A DNA stretch of 64,000 nt. Origin: Bacillota bacterium. GTDB lineage: Bacteria; Bacillota; Limnochordia; DTU087; JAAYGB01. Under the pieces are notes generated by a model that saw nothing but the letters and a program-made list of their open reading frames with translations, was not told the origin of the DNA and made no database searches. Shown piece after piece: positions 56,534 through 64,000 of this stretch (the stretch's first letter is position 1; each line of letters starts with the position of its first letter). Where the stretch lies: positions 41,800-105,799 of the forward strand of contig JAAYGB010000005.1 in NCBI GenBank assembly GCA_012727955.1, in the 5' to 3' direction. Both the position numbers and the translations under genes were made by a program.

Positions 56534-57601
56534 GTGACTGAGGTGGAGCATCAAATTGGTGAGTCAGGATTGGGTCAAGGCCGTGGACCGGATATCTTCG
56601 TCTCCAAGAGTGTGATTGCCCAGTTGCAACAGGTGGATTTGGGCAAGGTCTCTTCTCCTGTAGAGGGTCTTCTCGGGGGCCAGGTGGTCTTTAGTCAATT
56701 CCGACCGGTTTTGCTAATTGAGCATGTTTTCTTCTACCCCTTGGATCAGACTCCCAACCTACTCAGTGTGGATCATTGGCGGCGGGCGCAGGAGATGTTT
56801 GCAGATCAGTATCCCGAGGCCCGCATCCTCGGTTGGTTCGCCCTGAGGTTCCAGGGGCTTGACCTCACCAACGCCGACCGGGCTCGTAGCGCTAAGTTAT
56901 TCGGGGAGCATTGGCAAGTCTGCTGGTTGGTGGATAGTGACCGGAAGAATTGGCGAGTTTGGTCCTGGCAGGAGGGTCAGCTAAGACCTAGCCGGCGAGT
57001 TCGAGCCTTAGAGGCTAAGTCCGGGTTGAAGGCGGTGGAAGTTTCAGCTCAGCAAACCGATGCTTCCAGTTCAGTCCCCAACCCCAAGCTTCCCAGGGAG
57101 GAACTCTTGACGGAATTATTTGGCCAAGCTAATTTGGGGCCATGGTTTGCCGCTGTAGCAGGCATCTTGGTGATACTACTGATTATTTTCGGGGCGAAGG
57201 CCCTTTGGAACCAGAGACAACCGAAGTTTATTGACCTATTGTCCCAGCAACAGGAATCGGTGTCAGTTACCGCTGCCGTACCGGGGCAAGGGCAGGCCTT
57301 CGATGAAACTGTGGAGAGGCCTCCACAGGAGATTCTCGAGGCCGAGCCGCCGATTACCCCGGCACCGGATCCGGGGAATCGGGATGTCCTGTCGCTCCCG
57401 GAATCTGGGACAGAGTATACAGTCTATACCGTGGAACCCGGCGATACCCTGTGGCGGATCAGCGAGAAGCTGTGGGGTGACGGAAGTCGGTATCAAGAGA
57501 TTTGGAAGGCCAATCCCCAGATCAGCGATCCTCGGAAACTACAGACAGGGATGGCCCTTAGGATCCCACAGGGTCCCCAAGGGGAATTGCTCGGCGACTA
57601 G
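56534..57601 (+). CDS. membrane protein with N-terminal cytoplasmic (degenerate MPN/JAB-like) domain, one TM, Pro-rich linker and C-terminal LysM domain
   Basis: 355 aa; TM 'LGPWFAAVAGILVILLIIFGA'; C-terminal LysM 'YTVEPGDTLWRISEKLWGDGSRYQEIWKANPQISDPRKLQTGMALRIP'. Confidence 0.55.
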   Translation: MTEVEHQIGESGLGQGRGPDIFVSKSVIAQLQQVDLGKVSSPVEGLLGGQVVFSQFRPVLLIEHVFFYPLDQTPNLLSVDHWRRAQEMFADQYPEARILGWFALRFQGLDLTNADRARSAKLFGEHWQVCWLVDSDRKNWRVWSWQEGQLRPSRRVRALEAKSGLKAVEVSAQQTDASSSVPNPKLPREELLTELFGQANLGPWFAAVAGILVILLIIFGAKALWNQRQPKFIDLLSQQQESVSVTAAVPGQGQAFDETVERPPQEILEAEPPITPAPDPGNRDVLSLPESGTEYTVYTVEPGDTLWRISEKLWGDGSRYQEIWKANPQISDPRKLQTGMALRIPQGPQGELLGD

Positions 57602-57618
57602 TGTTAGTCGCTTTTTTT
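57594..57618 (+). terminator. rho-independent terminator overlapping stop codon
   Basis: stem gcgacta/tagtcgc, loop gtgt, T7. Confidence 0.75.
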
Positions 57619-57688
57619 GTACCTGTATGGCGGCGGTATTTCCGGGCAGGCTAAACTTAACTATGAGTCAAGGTAAGGGGATGGGATA

Positions 57689-59854
57689 GTGGGACAAGGT
57701 ACCGTTACGACTAATCGTCTGATCCATGAGCAAAGTCCATACCTACTCCAGCATGCCCACAATCCGGTGGATTGGTATCCCTGGGGCTCCGAGGCCTTGT
57801 CCAGGGCGAAGGCCGAGGATCGCCCTATTCTGCTCAGCTCCGGGTACAGTGCCTGCCATTGGTGTCATGTGATGGAGAGGGAATCCTTTACCAACCCAAG
57901 GATTGCCCAGATGATGAATGAGAACTTCGTTTGTATCAAGGTGGACCGGGAGGAACGCCCCGACCTCGATGAGACCTACCAAACCGCTTGTTTGCTCCTG
58001 ACGGGGCACGGTGGGTGGCCCCTAACGGTATTTTTGACCCCCGATCTAAAGCCCTTTTATGCCGGCACGTATTTTCCCCCAGAAGACAAATACGGGCGAC
58101 CGGGTTTTATTAGGATTCTCCAGACGGTAGCTCGGGTCTACAGGACAGAAAGGGAGCGGGTGGAGGCAATTGCCCAGGACATAGTCAAAGGGATGAAGGG
58201 GCAATTGCTGCCGGAAAATACGGAGCCTGGCATTTCCCTGGAGTCCTGGGATTGGACAGATCTGCCCCGGGAGGCGGTGTCTAGACTTAAGTATAGTTAC
58301 GATACCAGACATGGAGGTTTCGGCGATGCTCCCAAGTTCCCCACCACCAATCTGCTGCAGCTTTTTCTCCACGTTGGCTATGAGGCTGACCCCGCCAGCG
58401 TTGATATGGTGGTGGACACCCTGCTCCACATGGCTCGGGGTGGGATCCGGGACCATCTGGGCGGTGGGTTTCATCGCTATTCAACGGATGCCCGGTGGTT
58501 GGTTCCCCACTTTGAAAAAATGCTCTATGACAATGCCCTTCTGGTTCCGCTGTATCTTGCCGGGTACCAGCTGACCGGTGAACCGGAATTTCGCGAGGTC
58601 GTGGAGTCAACCCTTCAGTTTGTGGCCTCGGAAATGACTGCTCCCGGGGGAGGTTTCTATTCCAGCTTCGATGCCGACACCGAGGGAGAAGAAGGTCGGT
58701 ACTATGTGTGGCGTTATCAGGAGGTAATTGACCTTTTGGGAGAGGAGCCGGGCGAGATTCTCTGCGACTATTTCGGTATTTCCCCAGAGGGGAATTTCGC
58801 CAAGGGAACCAGTGTACTCCATCGGTCAACGGGCGAAGAACAGTTGGCTGACAAGTACCGATTAAGTCTCCCAGGGATACAGGACATCCTTGCCCAGGGC
58901 AGGGCGCAGATGCTCGCCCACCGAACTCACCGGGAGAAACCCTTTTGTGACACAAAGATTATTACCGCCTGGAACGGAATGATGATTTCCGCCTTTGCCC
59001 AGGCCGCGAGAATTCTCGATGTGCCAGGGTATGGTAAGCAGGCTGAGGCAGCTGCCCACTTTATCTTGGAGAACCTGATGGATGGTCGAGGCCGCTTGCT
59101 GCGCGCCTTCAAGGACAGACCTTCGCAAATCCCGGGATTTCTCTCAGACTATGGTTGGCTGATCAATGGATTATTGGATCTGCATGCCGCTACCTTTGAC
59201 CACTCCTGGTTGACCCAGGCCCGATCCTTGACGGAAGTGATGGTGGAGAGATTTTGGGATGAAGCCAATGGCGGCTGGTTTGATAGCGATGAGGAACATG
59301 ATTCACCCCTCTTAAGGACCAAGGGGATTACTGATCAGTCCTATCCCTCGGCCGCCAGCCAAGCGGTTTTGGCACTCATTCGGCTCGCGGAAGTAGATCA
59401 TCGGTTTCCTGCTCTCATCGACAGGACCTTCGATGTCTATGCCGATGAGATGGCCCACAACCCCTGGGGGTGTGCCGCGCTGCTGACGGCCTTGCAGTGG
59501 TGGCAGTCTACCAGTACGGAGGTTATGCTTCTTGGTGACAGCCAGCGGTCTGAATGGCAGCAAATGGTTGAATGTCTGAGGGCTCAGTTCATTCCCCGTC
59601 TGGTTCTCTTTGGGCTAACTCCAGGCTGGGAAGAGATTTGGCAGTCGCCACCTCAGGTGTGGGTTAGTCGGCAAGGGGCTCTTTCTTCGGAAGCTCCGGC
59701 GGTGGCCTTTGTTTGCCGAGAGGGCACCTGCAGCCCGCCCCTGACCAGTGCCCAAGATCTTGCCTTTCAGTTGGGGAAGGGATATGAAATCGACTCCCGT
59801 GGAAAGTTAGAAAGGAGATTCGACTTAGGAGCAAGGAGGGAAGTCGATGGCTAA
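57689..59854 (+). CDS. yyaL: YyaL/DUF255 thioredoxin-fold + six-hairpin glycosidase-like domain protein
   Basis: 721 aa; '[59 protein letters not shown]' is the DUF255/thioredoxin-like N-terminal hallmark (CxxC); long alpha/alpha-toroid-like C-terminal part. Confidence 0.85.
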   Translation: MGQGTVTTNRLIHEQSPYLLQHAHNPVDWYPWGSEALSRAKAEDRPILLSSGYSACHWCHVMERESFTNPRIAQMMNENFVCIKVDREERPDLDETYQTACLLLTGHGGWPLTVFLTPDLKPFYAGTYFPPEDKYGRPGFIRILQTVARVYRTERERVEAIAQDIVKGMKGQLLPENTEPGISLESWDWTDLPREAVSRLKYSYDTRHGGFGDAPKFPTTNLLQLFLHVGYEADPASVDMVVDTLLHMARGGIRDHLGGGFHRYSTDARWLVPHFEKMLYDNALLVPLYLAGYQLTGEPEFREVVESTLQFVASEMTAPGGGFYSSFDADTEGEEGRYYVWRYQEVIDLLGEEPGEILCDYFGISPEGNFAKGTSVLHRSTGEEQLADKYRLSLPGIQDILAQGRAQMLAHRTHREKPFCDTKIITAWNGMMISAFAQAARILDVPGYGKQAEAAAHFILENLMDGRGRLLRAFKDRPSQIPGFLSDYGWLINGLLDLHAATFDHSWLTQARSLTEVMVERFWDEANGGWFDSDEEHDSPLLRTKGITDQSYPSAASQAVLALIRLAEVDHRFPALIDRTFDVYADEMAHNPWGCAALLTALQWWQSTSTEVMLLGDSQRSEWQQMVECLRAQFIPRLVLFGLTPGWEEIWQSPPQVWVSRQGALSSEAPAVAFVCREGTCSPPLTSAQDLAFQLGKGYEIDSRGKLERRFDLGARREVDG

Positions 59855-60095
59855 CCAGGAGATCATGTGTACTGTGAGCAGCTGTCACTACTGGGCCCAG
59901 GGGAATCGTTGCGATGCTAACCAGATTCTCATCACCTCCAACGAGATGGCGGAATCCCTGGACGACAGTTTTGACGCACCCCAGGCCACCACGGCACAAC
60001 AAACCGAGGTGGCGGTGTGTGTTGATACCTGCTGCAAGACCTTTGTCTATCGGGATGCAGCGGAGATCGAAGATGACGGCGTCTATCGGGTGTAA
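59847..60095 (+). CDS. DUF1540-family small Cys-rich protein
   Basis: 82 aa; two repeats of C-x-V-x2-C-x-Y/H...C-x-A-x2-I ('[22 protein letters not shown]', '[11 protein letters not shown]'). Confidence 0.6.
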   Translation: MANQEIMCTVSSCHYWAQGNRCDANQILITSNEMAESLDDSFDAPQATTAQQTEVAVCVDTCCKTFVYRDAAEIEDDGVYRV

Positions 60096-60120
60096 TTGCG
60101 TTTTCCAAGTAACAGGAAAG

Positions 60121-60156
60121 GCCCGGGTGGAAAAACCACTCCGGGCTTATTTTGTG
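60121..60156. terminator. bidirectional terminator between convergent genes
   Basis: stem gcccgggtgg/ccactccgggc (one bulge), loop aaaaa, then ttattttgtg. Confidence 0.7.
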
Positions 60157-60186
60157 TCGATGGTGTTCCCTGCCACCGGCGTCGGC

Positions 60187-61293
60187 TTAATGAAGGGATA
60201 GTTGGGGCACCGGGGTTTCGGTGACCTGACCGAGATAATCTGCCGTGGGATCCACGGTACAGACTCCACCGGTTTCCAGTGACGACAGGATGGCCAGGAC
60301 GGTAATTACATCACCATACTCCATCTCCGGGGGAACCGCGATGGCTTCTTGGCCCGTTAGGGCGTTATAGAAGTTGACAAACTCGTTGTAATACCCTTGG
60401 TAGGGGGTGTAGTACAATTGCTGTGAGGTGCCGTCAGGGTTAAAGACATTGACCACTCCACAGGCTCGATCCTCTAGGTAGATTACCCCCCTGGTCCCAA
60501 AGATGCGGGTGCCCAGCATCGGTCCTTGGCTGTCTTTACCACTGGGCCAATAGGCAAACTGACCGATGACTCCGCTCTTGAAGCCGATGTTGACGTGATA
60601 GGACAAGTAGGGACTGAAATCCCGTCTTTGGCGCCGCCCTAGGGCGTGAACCCGATCGATGGCACCGAAGATGTGGCGCATCGCGGCAATATCGTGCAGG
60701 GCCGCATCCAGGAAGTCTCCACCGGGATAATCGGGGTGTTGACGCCACTCTGTGGCGGCAAAGGTATCCTGGGTCATTTGACAGGGAAAACAGGAAACGG
60801 AGTTCCAGACAAAATAAACTATGTCGCCAATTCGCCCCTGGCGAACCAAGTCTCTGATCAGGTTGTACTCCTCATCGTAGCGGTAGTTCTCCGCGATGAG
60901 CACCTTGATATTGTACTTCTCCGGGAGGTCTCGGTGCAGTCGTGCTTCCCGCAGATTGGCTCCCATGGGTTTTTCGCAGATCATATCAAAACCGTGTTTG
61001 GCTACGTCCTCCGCGACGGAGTAGTTCTTGGCGATGGGAACCAGAACATCGATGGCATCAATGTCGTCCCGACGCAGCATCTCGCGGTAATCGGTGTAAA
61101 CCCGATCGGCACTAAGGCCAATCCCTTCGGCGGCCCGGTGGGCCCGGCTGGCGTCGATGTCAGCCACGGCCACTACTTCATACCTGTCCTGCAGTCTTTG
61201 TAGGGCCGGCCAATGCAAGCCCTCCCAGGCCAGGCCTGTTCCAATTACTCCAAGTCGAATCCTATGCACAGGCTCACTTCCTTTGCTGAACAT
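60187..61293 (-). CDS. Gfo/Idh/MocA-family NAD(P)-dependent oxidoreductase
   Basis: ORF 60187..61413 trimmed to ATG 61293 (alternative GTG at 61269 giving 'MHRIRLGVIGTG', preceded by aaggaag); Rossmann 'IRLGVIGTGLAWEGLHWPAL...YEVVAVAD'; 'EKPMGANLREA' motif. Confidence 0.85.
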   Translation of the reverse strand: MFSKGSEPVHRIRLGVIGTGLAWEGLHWPALQRLQDRYEVVAVADIDASRAHRAAEGIGLSADRVYTDYREMLRRDDIDAIDVLVPIAKNYSVAEDVAKHGFDMICEKPMGANLREARLHRDLPEKYNIKVLIAENYRYDEEYNLIRDLVRQGRIGDIVYFVWNSVSCFPCQMTQDTFAATEWRQHPDYPGGDFLDAALHDIAAMRHIFGAIDRVHALGRRQRRDFSPYLSYHVNIGFKSGVIGQFAYWPSGKDSQGPMLGTRIFGTRGVIYLEDRACGVVNVFNPDGTSQQLYYTPYQGYYNEFVNFYNALTGQEAIAVPPEMEYGDVITVLAILSSLETGGVCTVDPTADYLGQVTETPVPQLSLH

Positions 61294-61403
61294 GGTATGA
61301 GTTAGTATGGCCTTGTCCCGGGGAAACCTTGTAGCCACCGGAACTGTGTCCCTAGAGGAAAATCGCTCCTCCTGGGGAAACACACAGGGGAGGAGGCGAA
61401 GCA

Positions 61404-62423
61404 ATGAAGGCAAAGGATCTGCCGATTCTGGGAATCTCCATGGGGGATCCCGCGGGAATCGGTCCGGAAGTTGTGGTAAAGGCAGTTTTGGACGACAGGG
61501 TACAAGAGGCCTGTTGTCCCCTGGTGGTAGGTGATGCCCAGTGGCTGGATCGGACCCTCCAGGGGTGTCGATTGCCTGGAGAAGTCCGCGTGGTCGACGG
61601 AGTTGATGCTATCCAGCCTGGCCGGAAGGGGATCTGGGTATTGGACCTTGGTAACGTACCAGAGGGGCTTTCCCTGGGTAAGGTGCAAGGTGCGGCTGGT
61701 CAAGCGGCGCTGGAGTATGTCACCAAGGCCGTGGAGTTGGCCTTGCAGGGCCAAACCGATGGGATAGTTACGGCACCGCTGAATAAGGCTGCAGTCAACG
61801 CCGCCGGTCACCAGGGATTCACCGGCCACACTGAGTACATAGCTCAGTTAACGGGAGCCCCAGAGGTGGCAATGCTTCTAGCTCTGGATTCATTGTATAT
61901 CAGTCATGTCACTACCCATGCGGCACTGCGGGAAGTCCCAGATCTGGTAACTCCCCAGCGTTTGCAGCGAGTGCTGGAGTTAACCGCCGATATGGCTAGA
62001 ACCTTGGGACCAACCCACCATCCCATCGCTGTTGCCGGCCTTAACCCCCACTCCGGGGAAGAGGGCCTTTTCGGCGATGAGGAGGTAAAGGTCATCGTTC
62101 CGGTGATCGAGGCTGCAAGGGAGCGGGGGATGAAGGTTGTGGGGCCTCTTCCTCCCGATACTGTTTTTCTGCGGGCCCATCGCGGTGAGTTTTCCTTTGT
62201 GGTGGCGATGTACCATGATCAAGGCCATATCCCGGCAAAACTCTTGGGCTTTGAAACCGGCGTCAACGTGACCTTAGGTCTCCCGATAGTGCGTACCTCC
62301 GTGGACCATGGTACCGCCTTTGATATTGCCGGAACCGGCGTGGCCGATCCCGCCAGTATGATTGCAGCCATCCTTTTGGGAGCAAGACTAGCGAGGGGTT
62401 TAGATAAAAATGTGGGTATATAG
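61404..62423 (+). CDS. PdxA-family NAD-dependent 4-hydroxythreonine-4-phosphate / hydroxy-acid phosphate dehydrogenase
   Basis: 339 aa; '[20 protein letters not shown]', '[12 protein letters not shown]', '[22 protein letters not shown]' PdxA-family blocks; divergent from the oxidoreductase. Confidence 0.8.
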
Positions 62424-63564
62424 AGCTCTCAACTTTTGGGTGTTTGGTGCCGGTGCAGTGATGAGTCCCTTCCTCAGTGTCTACCTGCGAAATCAAGGCC
62501 TGTCGGGAACGGAGTTGGGGATGATTTGGGCGGTGGGTCCTTTGATCACTGTCCTGACGCAGCCGATCTGGGGTTTGGTAAGTGATGCCAAGGGTCGGAA
62601 GAAGATCCTGGTGTTTGCCCTGGGCATCAGTGTCGGTATGGTGCTTTTGTACCTGCCGGCATCGGTCTTTTGGCACTTTCTGGTGCTGGCGATTTTGATG
62701 GCCTTATTTCGCAGTCCCGTTGTGCCCATTACCGATAGCCTGGTGCTGGAGCAGTTGGAGCTTAGGGACCGGAAGGCTGATTATGGGAAGGTGAGGCTGT
62801 GGGGTGCCTTGGGCTGGTCCAGTCTCTCCTACGTCGGCGGTAGAGCCATTGCTGCCTTTGGACTTCCCATCATGTTTGTGTTGAACTCCTTGGGCAATTT
62901 CTTTACCCTACTTTTGGGTACCAGGGTGGAAGAGGTGAAACAGGAAGGGGCCCAGGAGCGCAGCGTCGATTTTAGTCAGGTGAAGGCCTTGATTGGGGAT
63001 CGCCGGCTGGTGCTATTCTTGCTGTGCATCCTACTGCTCCAATCCGCTTCCAGTCCGGTGTTTTCCTTCCTCTCAATTTACCTGGACAACATCGGCGCCT
63101 CTGCCACCATGATCGGTACGGCAACGCTGCTTGAGGGGTTAAGCGAAATTCCTCTCTTCTTGCTCTCCGGTTGGTTCATTCGCCGCATCGGCGCCAAATG
63201 GGGTGTTGTCATCGGAGCCGCTGCCTACGGTCTGCGCATGCTGGGTTATTCCCTGGTGCGGGTGCCGGAGCTGGCTTTGGCCTTTCAGCTGCTGCACGGG
63301 CTGTCCTTTTCCTTGATGTACGCCTCGGCGGTGAACTACGTTGACAGCCTGTGCCCCACCAATTTGCGCACCACGGGTCAATCGATGTTAGGTGCCGTTT
63401 ACTGGGGTCTAGGTTCGATTATTGGTAACACCGTCGGGGGACGACTGGTGGATCGCATTGGGATTTTTTCTATGTTTCAACTGGGCAGCGGCCTGGCCTT
63501 TATCACCGCGCTGCTGATGATAGTGCTCATCGATGGTAGTCCCGGTAAGACCGAGGCATCGTAG
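62410..63564 (+). CDS. major facilitator superfamily (MFS) transporter
   Basis: 384 aa; 12 predicted TM; '[15 protein letters not shown]' MFS loop 2-3 motif. Confidence 0.8.
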
Positions 63565-63617
63565 GTCTGATCCCTTCAGTTCCGGCATAGGTTTTACCAG
63601 AACTGGAGGGATTTTTC

Positions 63618-64000
63618 ATGGCGAGAACCAGAAGACCGGTGGTAGCCGGGGCCCTGTCACTGATGGCATCGGGATCTGTCTCTCGGGTGATCGGCGCAGT
63701 GTATCGCATTGCCCTCGTCAGAACCGCCGGGGAAGAGGTACTGGGTCTGTTTCAAATGACAATGCCCCTGTATCGATTGCTGATTGATGTGGCCGCCATC
63801 GGTTTTCACGTTGCTCTGGTACAGCTGGTTGCCGACAGTCTGGGTCGCCGGCGAGTCGACGATGCCAAGGGCTACATTCGCTTTGCCTTGGTTACCGTTA
63901 CCGCGCTCAGCTGCCTTCTGGCCACCTTGCTGTGGTTTACTGGTCCGACCCTGGCCCACACCCTTTATGGCGATCCCAGACTGGAAACGCCCCTGCGCTG
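63618..64000 (+). CDS. MOP-superfamily polysaccharide/lipid-II flippase (SpoVB/MurJ/Wzx-like), 5' partial (runs off window)
   Basis: ATG 63618; 'MARTRRPVVAGALSLMASGSVSRVIGAVYRIALVRTAGEEVLGLFQMTMPLY' is a typical SpoVB/polysaccharide-biosynthesis-protein N-terminus; no stop before the window end; not in the supplied ORF track. Confidence 0.6.
   Translation, partial: MARTRRPVVAGALSLMASGSVSRVIGAVYRIALVRTAGEEVLGLFQMTMPLYRLLIDVAAIGFHVALVQLVADSLGRRRVDDAKGYIRFALVTVTALSCLLATLLWFTGPTLAHTLYGDPRLETPLR

Overview
This 64 kb window is GC-rich (roughly high-50s %, judged by eye, not computed) and almost entirely coding, mostly on the + strand. It comes from a Firmicute that carries sporulation genes, Gram-negative-type flagellar rings and a full outer-membrane biogenesis machinery, so it looks like a diderm (outer-membrane-bearing) Firmicute of the Negativicutes/Halanaerobiales/Limnochordia kind.

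Layout, 5' to 3':
- 1-4.4 kb: the end of the F1 ATP synthase operon, atpA-atpG-atpD-atpC.
- 4.4-8 kb: a sporulation and cell-shape block. It holds a YwmB-position hypothetical, a SpoIIQ-like protein with a degenerate LytM/M23 domain, spoIIID and mreB/mbl.
- 8-13 kb: flagellar rod and ring genes, flgF, flgG, flgA, flgH (L-ring), flgI (P-ring) and a rod-binding-only FlgJ.
- 13-17.3 kb: an AMIN-domain phosphodiester glycosidase followed by an unusual SpoIVB-like S55 serine peptidase. In the peptidase the Ser-box segment precedes the His-box segment, so the domain looks circularly permuted.
- 17.5-47 kb: a long outer-membrane/LPS super-cluster. In order it carries tamB, bamA, three skp/ompH homologues, lpxD, two small putative beta-barrel OMPs, lptF, lptD, lptC, lptA, an FtsX-like permease with a ~530-aa periplasmic coiled-coil domain plus an FtsE-like ATPase, lpxC, a sugar nucleotidyltransferase, fabZ, lpxA, an ICMT/PEMT-type membrane methyltransferase, lpxI, lpxB, lptB and lptG. 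The cluster is interrupted by a GH4 glycosidase and a DUF3298-like gene.
- 47-55.5 kb: a DUF3084-like coiled-coil membrane protein, an SLH-only protein and two OmpM-like proteins (SLH + coiled coil + beta-barrel). Between the OmpM genes sit a RuvX-like nuclease, a PfkB kinase and a class II aldolase.
- 55.5-64 kb: a repeat-containing secreted protein, a LysM membrane protein, a YyaL/DUF255 thioredoxin-fold protein, a DUF1540 protein, a Gfo/Idh/MocA oxidoreductase on the minus strand, a PdxA-family dehydrogenase, an MFS transporter and the 5' end of a MOP/SpoVB-type flippase.

Many transcription units end in clear rho-independent terminators. A perfect sigma-70-type promoter (TTGACA-17-TACAAT) precedes fabZ-lpxA.

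No rRNA, tRNA, CRISPR array or transposase was recognised. Most minus-strand ORFs in the supplied track lie antisense to clear genes and are treated as spurious.

All functional calls rest on motif-level recognition of the translated ORFs, not on database searches.
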